Shown one piece after another: positions 24,403-31,927 of a stretch of 32,000 nucleotides of DNA. Every line of letters begins with the position of its first letter. Positions within the stretch are counted from its first letter, which is position 1. The stretch lies in the NCBI GenBank assembly GCA_963699255.1, contig OY969425.1, positions 1,738,856-1,770,855 on the forward strand. Reading direction: 5' to 3'. Both the position numbers and the translations under genes were made by a program. The notes beneath the pieces were generated by a model. That model saw only the letters and a list, made by a program, of their open reading frames with translations. It did not search any database and was not told the DNA's origin. Source of the stretch: an uncultured bacterium. GTDB lineage: Bacteria; Margulisbacteria; WOR-1; CAVSGV01.

Positions 24403-24912
24403 TTAGAGAATGCTCCTTTGCTCCTGAATAGCGTCAAGAGTATTTCTGAAAAGATCCAAATGATCAAATATCCACTGCGCCAATATTTTGCTTCCATAAT
24501 CAAGCAGCTTTATCTTTCCATTGTGCATACCATAATTCTCTGCAAATGATAATGTGTGAATTTCAGAAAAAAAGATTTTATCAGTCAATTGATTTCTTAT
24601 GAACGACAGTTCATTTTTTGAAAACGCTTGAATAGGCAAAGCGGTATCTTGAATGTTAACTGCACCGAAAACGGAAAACCTTGTTGGTACTACAGCTTCA
24701 TATAATTTCTTTGACCACTTATTTTCGAACCGATTACTCCAAACGCCTTCCAAAGATTTATATGGAGCTTGACCGGCGCAAGGACGTTCATACCCTCCCG
24801 ACCATAAATGTTTAATATCTTGGCGCAACATTTTTATGTGTATTCTTGGGAGCTTTATTGTAGTTCTTTTGCTTACTATTGCGACCCTTGTTTCTCCATA
24901 TGCGATTCTCAT
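24403..24912 (-). CDS. Hypothetical protein
   Basis: 169 aa ORF, no recognised family, compositionally plausible. Confidence 0.5.
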   Translation of the reverse strand: MRIAYGETRVAIVSKRTTIKLPRIHIKMLRQDIKHLWSGGYERPCAGQAPYKSLEGVWSNRFENKWSKKLYEAVVPTRFSVFGAVNIQDTALPIQAFSKNELSFIRNQLTDKIFFSEIHTLSFAENYGMHNGKIKLLDYGSKILAQWIFDHLDLFRNTLDAIQEQRSIL

Positions 24913-24955
24913 GCCAATTATATCGGCAAAAAAGTAAGTTAAATTTCATTTTTCT

Positions 24956-26239
24956 TCAAAACCTTTTATATAGCCCCGAAGCTACCATCCCGGTTTTGCT
25001 GTTAAGCACGGTGTTCATTATTCCCGCGCGCTCCACGGTGAATTCTCCGAAGCGGTCATTTATGTCATCTATGGCCCTCATGACCTTTTTTCTGTTCTCC
25101 TTTGATTCAAATATGCTTATCTGGTCCAGGTTGTGGCGCAGGCCCGAGAGGGTGACGCCCACGAAGCGCGCGCCGTCCATCTTGCCCAGTTCGCGGTCAA
25201 GTATTGTCTCGGCTTCCTTGAAAATGTCGTAGCCGTCATCGATGTATTCCGGCAGCTTTTTCTGCCTGCCCCAGAAGTTGAATTCCCCCCCGACACTCCC
25301 GACACTGCGGTCGGGACAGGTTCGGTCGGGGCAAGCGATCCCGATCGTCAGATGCACGATATTGCCCTGATAATTATCCCTTCTCAGCCTCCTGCCCACC
25401 TGTTCGCTTAATCGCAGGAGATAGCCCTTGATCTCATTCATGTCCCTTGTGAATTTCGGCAAAGTGTATGAGTGTCCCATCGACTTGGCATCTGACTCGT
25501 GCCAGTGGGGAAGGACAGGAGAGTCGTCTTTCCCTTGTCCCATATGCCAAAGGTGTTCCCCGCATACGACCCCGAAGCGCATGACCAGCCTGTCGCGGGG
25601 ATACCGGTTCAGCTGGCCTATTGTGTGGACACCCAATTCGGCAAGATGGGACTCAAGTTTTCTGCCAATCCCGCAGAGCTTGGCTACGGGAACGTCTTTT
25701 ATCTTCTCCGGAATATCCTCCGGACGCAGGATTATCAATGCATCCGGTTTTTTAAGCTCGCCGGCAAGTTTAGCCATCAGCTTATTCGGGCCTATCCCTA
25801 TGTTGCAGGTAAGATTAAATTTCTCCCTTATCCATTTTTTAATATTCTGGGCTATTACGATCTCCCCGCATCTTGCATCTCGCGTCTCCCATCTCTCTTT
25901 TGTGTCCGTCACATCGATCCATGCTTCATCTATCGAGAATATCTCCACGAGGTCGGAATAAGTTGTCAGGTGCTTCATTATGGCTTTTGAGGTGGAGATG
26001 TATTTCGGCATGTCGCCTACTACTATTATCAGTTCCGGGCAGATCTTTTTGGCTTCCCAGGTGGACATGGCGTTCTTTATTCCGCGGGCTTTGGCTTCGT
26101 AGCTTGCGGCCGCGACGACGGAGGTCTTCTTTATCCCGCCGCCCACCGCTATCGGCTTTCCCCGAAGGGCGGGATTCGCCGCCTGCTCGACGCTGGCGAA
26201 GAAGGCGTTCATATCTATATGCAAGATAGTTCGGTTCAT
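24956..26239 (-). CDS. dinB: DNA polymerase IV (Y-family)
   Basis: ILHIDMNAFFASVEQAANPALRGKPIAVGG, EIFSIDEAWIDVT, NIGIGPNKLMAKLAGELKKPD, LCGIGRKLESHLAELGVHTIGQL. Confidence 0.93.
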   Translation of the reverse strand: MNRTILHIDMNAFFASVEQAANPALRGKPIAVGGGIKKTSVVAAASYEAKARGIKNAMSTWEAKKICPELIIVVGDMPKYISTSKAIMKHLTTYSDLVEIFSIDEAWIDVTDTKERWETRDARCGEIVIAQNIKKWIREKFNLTCNIGIGPNKLMAKLAGELKKPDALIILRPEDIPEKIKDVPVAKLCGIGRKLESHLAELGVHTIGQLNRYPRDRLVMRFGVVCGEHLWHMGQGKDDSPVLPHWHESDAKSMGHSYTLPKFTRDMNEIKGYLLRLSEQVGRRLRRDNYQGNIVHLTIGIACPDRTCPDRSVGSVGGEFNFWGRQKKLPEYIDDGYDIFKEAETILDRELGKMDGARFVGVTLSGLRHNLDQISIFESKENRKKVMRAIDDINDRFGEFTVERAGIMNTVLNSKTGMVASGLYKRF

Positions 26240-26487
26240 ATCGATATGCAGGTCTTATTGATCTTCCAGATCAGCCTTTTCAGGTTCAGCGATAATTCAT
26301 AAGTATTCGTGTCGTCCGAAACCGAGAAGAGCATCAGCTTTTCTATGCCGTCGTGGTCCTCCCACTGGTAATTCACCGTCTTGATGTCGTACTTCCGGTT
26401 GTCATAGTAGAACCATTTGGGAAGGATGTGTCCGCCCTGGAAGACAGCGCCGACTTTTATGATCTTATCTATGTTAGTTGGTTCCAT
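26236..26487 (-). CDS. Small protein overlapping the dinB start, possibly DUF6504-like
   Basis: 83 aa; 'PKWFYYDNRKYDIKTVNYQWEDHDG...FSVSDDTNTYELSLNLKRLIWKI' resembles small dinB-associated proteins; stop overlaps the dinB ATG. Confidence 0.6.
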   Translation of the reverse strand: MEPTNIDKIIKVGAVFQGGHILPKWFYYDNRKYDIKTVNYQWEDHDGIEKLMLFSVSDDTNTYELSLNLKRLIWKINKTCISI

Positions 26488-26494
26488 GGTTTAA

Positions 26495-26630
26495 CCTTGC
26501 AGTATATCGGAGTATCAGGGTATCAGTAGGAAGAGTATCAGAAGATCGGGATATCAGGATGGTTTTACCTGATGTTCTGATGCTCTGATAACCTGCCTAC
26601 TGATCTTCTGATGTCCTGATATGCTTCTTA
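26495..26630. repeat. ATCAG-rich short repeats in head-to-head orientation
   Basis: gtatcagggtatcagtaggaagagtatcagaagatcgggatatcagg ... acctgatgttctgatgctctgataacctgcctactgatcttctgatgtcctgatatgc. Confidence 0.55.
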
Positions 26631-26652
26631 AGCGTTCGAATAAGATTCTTCG

Positions 26653-27234
26653 TTAAAACTTTCTAAAAAGGCCTTTAACTCTACCCTGTATAGCGACGTC
26701 CTTAACGTATATCGGCTTCATTGAGCTGTTGGCAGGCTCGAGCCGGATGCGGGTCTTCTCGCGGTACATGCGCTTGAGCGTCGCGGCTGTGCCGTCCACG
26801 AGAGCCACCACGACCTCGCCGTCGTCGGCGGTATCGGTTTTTTCTATGACGATGAAGTCGCCGCTGACTATGTGGTCTTCTATCATGGAATTGCCCCTTA
26901 CCTGGAGGACGTAGCAGGGCTTTTTGGATACGAGGGTCCTGGGGACCTCTATTTCTTCCTGCTGCTCCATCACTTCTATGGGCATGCCTGCGGCGATGAA
27001 CCCAAAGAAGGGAAGGGTCACTGTGGCTTTAAGGCCGGGTATCCTTAAAGCACGTGACCCTTTCTCCCTTTCAATGAGCCCTTGTTCTTCGAGTGAGTCC
27101 AGGTATTTCTGGCCGGCGCGGGGGGAGGAGAAGCCGAATTGCTTGCATACTTCCCTGATGCTCGGCGCGAACCCTTTTTCGATGATGTGGTCTTTGAGGA
27201 ACTCGAGGATCTGTTTTTGCGTATCTAATGTCAT
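26653..27234 (-). CDS. lexA: LexA repressor
   Basis: TLDTQKQILEFLKDHIIEKGFAPSIREVCKQFGFSS; VRGNSMIEDHIVSGDFIVIEK; GEVVVALVDGTAATLKRMYRE. Confidence 0.95.
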   Translation of the reverse strand: MTLDTQKQILEFLKDHIIEKGFAPSIREVCKQFGFSSPRAGQKYLDSLEEQGLIEREKGSRALRIPGLKATVTLPFFGFIAAGMPIEVMEQQEEIEVPRTLVSKKPCYVLQVRGNSMIEDHIVSGDFIVIEKTDTADDGEVVVALVDGTAATLKRMYREKTRIRLEPANSSMKPIYVKDVAIQGRVKGLFRKF

Positions 27235-27293
27235 TGTCTTTTCCCCCTTGTTTTGCCTCTGATCTCTGGTCTCAGATCTCTTATCTCGTCTTC

Positions 27294-27311
27294 GGTATAC
27301 AAGTGTATACC
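27294..27311. promoter_or_regulatory. Candidate LexA box upstream of lexA
   Basis: Perfect inverted repeat GGTATAC-AAGT-GTATACC, 60 nt from the lexA start. Confidence 0.65.
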
Positions 27312-27345
27312 ATATCGGGAATCTGTCAAGGGGGAATTTAAAGGA

Positions 27346-28557
27346 TTATGAGGGAAGATGAAAAGCAAGAACGGCCAGCTTAATTTCCCTATTATTATCT
27401 CCGATTAAATGAAAAGTATAATTGAACCAGGATTCACTTTCTTTATTATTAAGTTTGATATAACAGTCGTGTTTTGGAGTTGTTTCTTCAATAGATTTTA
27501 GAACTGAAGAAAATTCCTTATTTCTCACAAATAATATCAGTGCTGTCTTAGAATCACGCCAAGTTAAATACCCTAATAGTTGTGTTATTCCTTCGAGATA
27601 GGCTTTTGACCCTTCCCAAAACTTGCATTCTGCGACAAAGATGTTTGAATCTTGATAACGAATTAAAATATCGGTTTTCCCGGATTTATTGAATGTTTCC
27701 CCCGTTATCGAACTGTCTTTTATGCGGGGCTCTAAATGGACCAATATTTGATCTCGGAGGGCCTCCTCATCTTTGTTAAGATAAGTTGAAGGATAACGCT
27801 CAAACGATTTCCCCATAATATTAATTGCATGCAGTATTTCATCGTAGGTTGATTGGTCGATAGAGTATTCTTGAACGCCACTCCTAATGGCGGGCTTATT
27901 AACGGTAATCTTTTTAATAATATGTGGGATTGGCACTGTATAGCTCTTTGTGCTATTTGTCTTAACCCCTCCGAGAGCGGCAAGGGTTTTATTCTTATTG
28001 AGGATTTTTTGTTTAATCGCTTTAAATATTCCGCCAGCATTTGCCTTAAGCTTAGAATTGTAATCTTGAACATTCTTTGTTAGATGTCCGAGTTGTTCAT
28101 TTAATTTATTTATATTGTTTTGTGCTTCAGCTTTAATTTGGTCGGGCTCATCTGAAAATATTTGGATTTCAAAGCAAATACGATTCCCCCTGATTTCTAA
28201 TGGCATGGTCCACAAGAGACGCGGATTAGGAATGTAATGTATTAAATCGACATTCCCGCTATAAGGCATACTATATACATATACTGAACGAGGATATTTT
28301 TTGCCCGGATAAACGTTAAAATTAAAAGGAAAGTATTCTGCTGGAATCATTTTTTCATAAGTAGAAACTTCAAAGCTTTCGAAATCTATGGTAGGTAAGT
28401 CGATACTAAAATCATCAGCTAGATAACCAATGAAATCCTCTTCGTTGACGTTTAGAATATAATCTTCCGATTCTTGGCTGATCCTAGATAGTATTCTTTG
28501 ATCATTTCCCAGAAAATATTGTTGTATGTCTTCTCCTGCAAATGCTTTGAAGGTCAT
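27346..28557 (-). CDS. Candidate PD-(D/E)XK-family nuclease-like protein
   Basis: C-terminal GKTDILIRYQDSNIFVAECKFWEGSKAYLEGITQLLGYLTWRDSKTALILF fits a D-(x)n-ExK core. Confidence 0.6.
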   Translation of the reverse strand: MTFKAFAGEDIQQYFLGNDQRILSRISQESEDYILNVNEEDFIGYLADDFSIDLPTIDFESFEVSTYEKMIPAEYFPFNFNVYPGKKYPRSVYVYSMPYSGNVDLIHYIPNPRLLWTMPLEIRGNRICFEIQIFSDEPDQIKAEAQNNINKLNEQLGHLTKNVQDYNSKLKANAGGIFKAIKQKILNKNKTLAALGGVKTNSTKSYTVPIPHIIKKITVNKPAIRSGVQEYSIDQSTYDEILHAINIMGKSFERYPSTYLNKDEEALRDQILVHLEPRIKDSSITGETFNKSGKTDILIRYQDSNIFVAECKFWEGSKAYLEGITQLLGYLTWRDSKTALILFVRNKEFSSVLKSIEETTPKHDCYIKLNNKESESWFNYTFHLIGDNNREIKLAVLAFHLPS

Positions 28558-28878
28558 AATATTTACCTTGTATGAATTATATACTATTATTGACTTGTCT
28601 TTAAATCATTTATTAATATATTGCAGAATGCACTTTGAACTCTTCCTTTCTGGGGAGGCGAAGGAAGGGTGATAGCAGAAGTCAGAAGGCAGAAGTAGGG
28701 GGCGCATTTCTAACTTCAAACTTCTAATTTCTTACTTTTTATTCTCTGGGCTCTTTCCCGTGTCTAAACCCACTGCTAGTGTCGAAGAAAATGACATCAA
28801 AAGACCCATCTTAAGAAGAATCCAGTTGCACTATTCAGGCAAGAAAATTGCTGTTACTTCTTATATAAGGAGGACTAT

Positions 28879-29514
28879 ATGAATAAATTAGCTAAGGTAA
28901 GCAGCATCAAATCATTAATATATGTAATAAGGGGCCAAAAAGTTATGCTGGATTTTGATCTGGGACGACTTTATCAGGTCCCTGTCAAAAGACTAAATGA
29001 ACAGGTAAAAAGGAATATATCCCGCTTCCCGGCGGACTTCATGTTGCAGCTTACTCAGGAAGAGACAGAGAATTTGCGGTGCCAATTTGGTACCACAAAT
29101 TACTTAAGAGGACGAGGAAACTTGAAGTCACAAATTGTGACTTCAAGTTCAAGGTCGCAAAATGCGACCTTGAAGCGGGGAGGAAACTTAAAGTATCTGC
29201 CATATGCTTTTACCCGCAACGGCGTTAACATGCTGGCGGCGGTCTTGAGGTCCGAAATAGCTATTCAGCGGTCGATATTTATAATGCGAGCCTTTTCCGC
29301 CCTTGAGGAAGCTATCGGCAGGCGAAAAAATAAGATCCTTTCAAGCCCGGAGGCCATCAGAGAACTTTCGATCCATTCAAAAGCCATAATGCGGCTTTTT
29401 CAAGAGGGCAGGATAAAGGATGCGAGGATATCCAGAATCGAAGATTCTGCAGAAAGAGATCACGAAGCTTATCCAGAAGATAATTATCACTTCAATCGAA
29501 AAAGATTGATATAA
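28879..29514 (+). CDS. ORF6N domain-containing protein (KilA-N-associated, DNA-binding type)
   Basis: IYVIRGQKVMLDFDLGRLYQVPVKRLNEQVKRNISRFPADFMLQLTQEE...LPYAFTRNGVNMLAAVLRSEIAIQRSIFIMRAF. Confidence 0.88.
   Translation: MNKLAKVSSIKSLIYVIRGQKVMLDFDLGRLYQVPVKRLNEQVKRNISRFPADFMLQLTQEETENLRCQFGTTNYLRGRGNLKSQIVTSSSRSQNATLKRGGNLKYLPYAFTRNGVNMLAAVLRSEIAIQRSIFIMRAFSALEEAIGRRKNKILSSPEAIRELSIHSKAIMRLFQEGRIKDARISRIEDSAERDHEAYPEDNYHFNRKRLI
29072..29100. repeat. Imperfect palindrome inside the ORF6N gene
   Basis: ATTTGCGGTGCCAATTTGGTACCACAAAT; 12 of 14 arm positions complementary, centre 29086. Confidence 0.8.
29119..29149. repeat. Perfect palindrome inside the ORF6N gene
   Basis: AACTTGAAGTCACAA-A-TTGTGACTTCAAGTT, 15 bp arms, centre 29134. 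Confidence 0.9.
29148..29174. repeat. Perfect palindrome inside the ORF6N gene
   Basis: TTCAAGGTCGCA-AAA-TGCGACCTTGAA, 12 bp arms, centre 29161. Confidence 0.9.
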
Positions 29515-29526
29515 CAAGGAAAAGTG

Positions 29527-29553
29527 AGGATATCACAAATTGTGATATCCTCT
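29527..29553. repeat. Perfect palindrome just after the ORF6N stop codon
   Basis: GAGGATATCACAA-A-TTGTGATATCCTC, 13 bp arms; shares the TCACAAATTGTGA core with 29119-29149. Confidence 0.9.
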
Positions 29554-29572
29554 GAAAATCCCGATTTGACCA

Positions 29573-29609
29573 TAAAAAAAGGCTCCCTCCTTATGCAGAA
29601 GGGAGCCTT
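29573..29609 (-). terminator. Terminator for the minus-strand Cys-rich gene
   Basis: Minus strand AAGGCTCCCTTCTGCATAAGGAGGGAGCCTTTTTTT. Confidence 0.8.
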
Positions 29610-29627
29610 GAACGAACTAAATCCGAA

Positions 29628-29897
29628 CTACTTCTTGCAGCAGTCCTTTACCGCACAAGTTGCGGCTTTAGAACCCGTAGGGCACTGTTTACTGCAATTC
29701 TTTGCGCATGCATTTTTGCATGACTTGGCCTTGCAGCAGCAGTCCTTCGAGCCCTTGCACGGGGCAGGGCAGCAGCACTCGTGGGACGCGATACAGCATT
29801 CGCTGTCGTACTTCGAAGCCGCCATAGCCGCGAGCGGAACGCTCATCGTACCCAGGAACATGAACAGAGCCAATACAGTAACTATCTTCTTAAACAT
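29628..29897 (-). CDS. Small secreted Cys-rich protein
   Basis: Signal peptide MFKKIVTVLALFMFLGTMSVPLAAMA followed by about 62 residues with 16 Cys (ECCIASHECCCPAPCKGSKDCCCK...). Confidence 0.75.
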   Translation of the reverse strand: MFKKIVTVLALFMFLGTMSVPLAAMAASKYDSECCIASHECCCPAPCKGSKDCCCKAKSCKNACAKNCSKQCPTGSKAATCAVKDCCKK

Positions 29898-29959
29898 GAT
29901 AATACCTCCATTTAATGGATAAAATTGAGACGGGACGGATCAAACAGGGAATTATGAGG

Positions 29960-30343
29960 TCAGACGAAATCCTTGCGGGAGACGAATTGCCTTGTGAACT
30001 TGCACTCGTTCAGCTTTGACATCAACCGGGGATCTTTAAAACATACCTCGCGGTCCTGGTGGACCGTTACCTTAACGGCCGAAATGGCCGGGATGCTTGT
30101 CGAGTCGGAAATAGAGACAGGGTCTGTTTGACCGGGATTTGCCGATGCGATAGCACTTATATTACCCGCGGACTTAAGGCAGCAGCATTCGCAGGCGGGA
30201 TCCTGTGAATGGCATCCGGAATTGTTTGAACAGAATGCGGGGCTGCAGCAAACAAGGCCATTCATGGAAACGGCCAGAACGAGAATGAGTAAACAGATCG
30301 ATTTGTTCTTCACCATAACGTATATTATATCACACTTGAACAC
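29960..30343 (-). CDS. Small exported Cys-containing protein, unknown
   Basis: Hydrophobic N-terminus SICLLILVLAVSMNGLVCC, then CHSQDPACECCCLK. Actual start may be the internal MVKNKS. Confidence 0.6.
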   Translation of the reverse strand: MFKCDIIYVMVKNKSICLLILVLAVSMNGLVCCSPAFCSNNSGCHSQDPACECCCLKSAGNISAIASANPGQTDPVSISDSTSIPAISAVKVTVHQDREVCFKDPRLMSKLNECKFTRQFVSRKDFV

Positions 30344-30348
30344 TGATT

Positions 30349-31047
30349 CTACTTCTTCGCTATCTTCTCAAGAAGCGAGATGATCTTGTCCATCTTCCTG
30401 TTCATTGACCACACCCTGAACGGCGTAGTGATGTTCATGATGAGGAAAACGACAAGAATGCCAAGTATCGCCAGGAGGGTGTTCTTGCTGAAGAAAATGA
30501 GGCTCTCAAGCATCCCTCTCTTTGGCGGCATCCCGTATTTGCCCGTCATAGTATCCATGAACACGGGATAATGAGGCGGAAAGTACGTTGCGTACGCTAT
30601 AGCGCCTGCCATGAGGTACAGCCCCGATAACGCCATATGGCCGAAGAATTCATCCAGCTCGTTCGCGGTCAGCAGCATGTAACTGACAAATTGCCCTATA
30701 AGAACGGCCAGAATGAACGTCAATATATCCAGCGGCAGAAGGTTGTGCCCAAGGAAATATGTATATGAGTAAAAGATGATAAGCGTGGCGATCGCGGTCA
30801 TATATGCCTGGGCGACCTTGGCTTCCATGAAGTTCTTTGTACATGACTTGACGAACGGATATTCGATGACGGCGAAGAATAATACCGGCCATATGCCTAT
30901 CTTTAAATGCTCCCACACGCTTTCATTGACCGGGCTTATCAGGGCAAGAAGCCAGTAGCTAGTGTTGTGGTATGCGGAATGGAGAAGCGTTCCAGCGATG
31001 ATTATTACAAGTGCCCCCGCGATCTCCCATAGAAGCGTTTTTCTCAT
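30349..31047 (-). CDS. DUF6512-like integral membrane protein
   Basis: GTLLHSAYHNTSYWLLALISPVNESVWEHLKIGIWPVLFFAVIEY; multiple hydrophobic segments. Confidence 0.75.
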   Translation of the reverse strand: MRKTLLWEIAGALVIIIAGTLLHSAYHNTSYWLLALISPVNESVWEHLKIGIWPVLFFAVIEYPFVKSCTKNFMEAKVAQAYMTAIATLIIFYSYTYFLGHNLLPLDILTFILAVLIGQFVSYMLLTANELDEFFGHMALSGLYLMAGAIAYATYFPPHYPVFMDTMTGKYGMPPKRGMLESLIFFSKNTLLAILGILVVFLIMNITTPFRVWSMNRKMDKIISLLEKIAKK

Positions 31048-31463
31048 ATAAGGGATTATACATATAATAAGGGCAGATATAAAGGCAAAAGATGGCAGGG
31101 GAGGGCAGAGGAAGGCAAGGAATAGGGCTTAAGGCATAAGGTTCAGGGCTTGCTTGTTGATTTGCCTTTGACCGCATGCCATAAGCCTTATAATCTTCTT
31201 TGCCATTATGTTCTGCCCTCATTTGCCATCAGGATCATTTTTTCTGTATGGTTATTTTGGGTTTTAGTGAAATTCCCCCGGGTATCCTGCGATATAAATA
31301 TAGCTTGCTATTGTACGCATAGTAGTGTATTGTAGCCAAGAAATGGTCGAGATTAATGGTTTCTGAATAGCGTGAATTTACCCAAGTATCTCTGGTCTTG
31401 GGCTTTTTGTTATAAGGGTCATTAATTGTATTAAAATTGAATAGTATTGTGAGGTGAAAATGC

Positions 31464-31751
31464 ATGGCAAAGAGTTTATTTGTAGGCAATCTACCGTGGT
31501 CTGCTACCGAGGACGAAATTAAAGCTAAGTTCGAGGAGCATGTAAAAGTTGTAGCTGTAAGGCTTATAACTGACAAGTTCACGGGCAAAGCCAAAGGTTT
31601 TGGTTTTGTTGAAGTTGATGATGCCGATATGGATAAAGCTATTTCCGCGATGAACGGCCAAAAGATCGGCGATCGAGAGATCGTTGTTAACGAGGCAAAG
31701 CCGAGAACGGAAAGAAGCGATAGACCGAGGAGCAATTTCTCGAGGTTCTAA
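31464..31751 (+). CDS. RRM-domain RNA-binding protein
   Basis: KSLFVGNLPWSATEDEIKAKF (RNP2), GKAKGFGFVEV (RNP1). Confidence 0.93.
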   Translation: MAKSLFVGNLPWSATEDEIKAKFEEHVKVVAVRLITDKFTGKAKGFGFVEVDDADMDKAISAMNGQKIGDREIVVNEAKPRTERSDRPRSNFSRF

Positions 31752-31775
31752 ACAGTTCCTTTCGAGCTGATAATT

Positions 31776-31817
31776 AGGCCTGTTATGCGAAAGCGTAACG
31801 GGCCTTTTTTTATCAAA
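31776..31817 (+). terminator. Terminator downstream of the RRM gene
   Basis: AGGCCTGTTATGC-GAAA-GCGTAACGGGCCT followed by a T run. Confidence 0.85.
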
Positions 31818-31824
31818 TTAGATG

Positions 31825-31854
31825 TTGACAATAGGAAGCCCTTTCATATATAAT
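31825..31854 (+). promoter_or_regulatory. Sigma70-type promoter, likely rRNA promoter
   Basis: TTGACA (31825-31830), 18 bp, TATAAT (31849-31854). Confidence 0.75.
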
Positions 31855-31906
31855 ACCGGCTCTGCAATGGATTAACCTCTATTGCAATATCCTCTTTGAC
31901 GGATAC

Positions 31907-31927
31907 GATCTTTGAAAACTAAACAGG
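31907..31927 (+). promoter_or_regulatory. boxA-like rRNA leader motif
   Basis: GATCTTTGAAAACTAAACAGG; 19 of 21 identical to 20919-20939. Confidence 0.7.

Noticed and set aside
25117-26229. Plus-strand ORFs antisense to dinB
   Set aside because: dinB motifs on the minus strand are clear; the antisense ORFs are low-complexity.
29524-29922. 132 aa plus-strand ORF starting MRISQIVISSENPDL
   Set aside because: It runs through the minus-strand terminator and Cys-rich gene. Only its first residues echo the ORF6N motif, which I attribute to the palindrome itself.
31235-31735. 166 aa minus-strand ORF
   Set aside because: It is antisense to the RRM protein gene, whose RNP motifs are clear.
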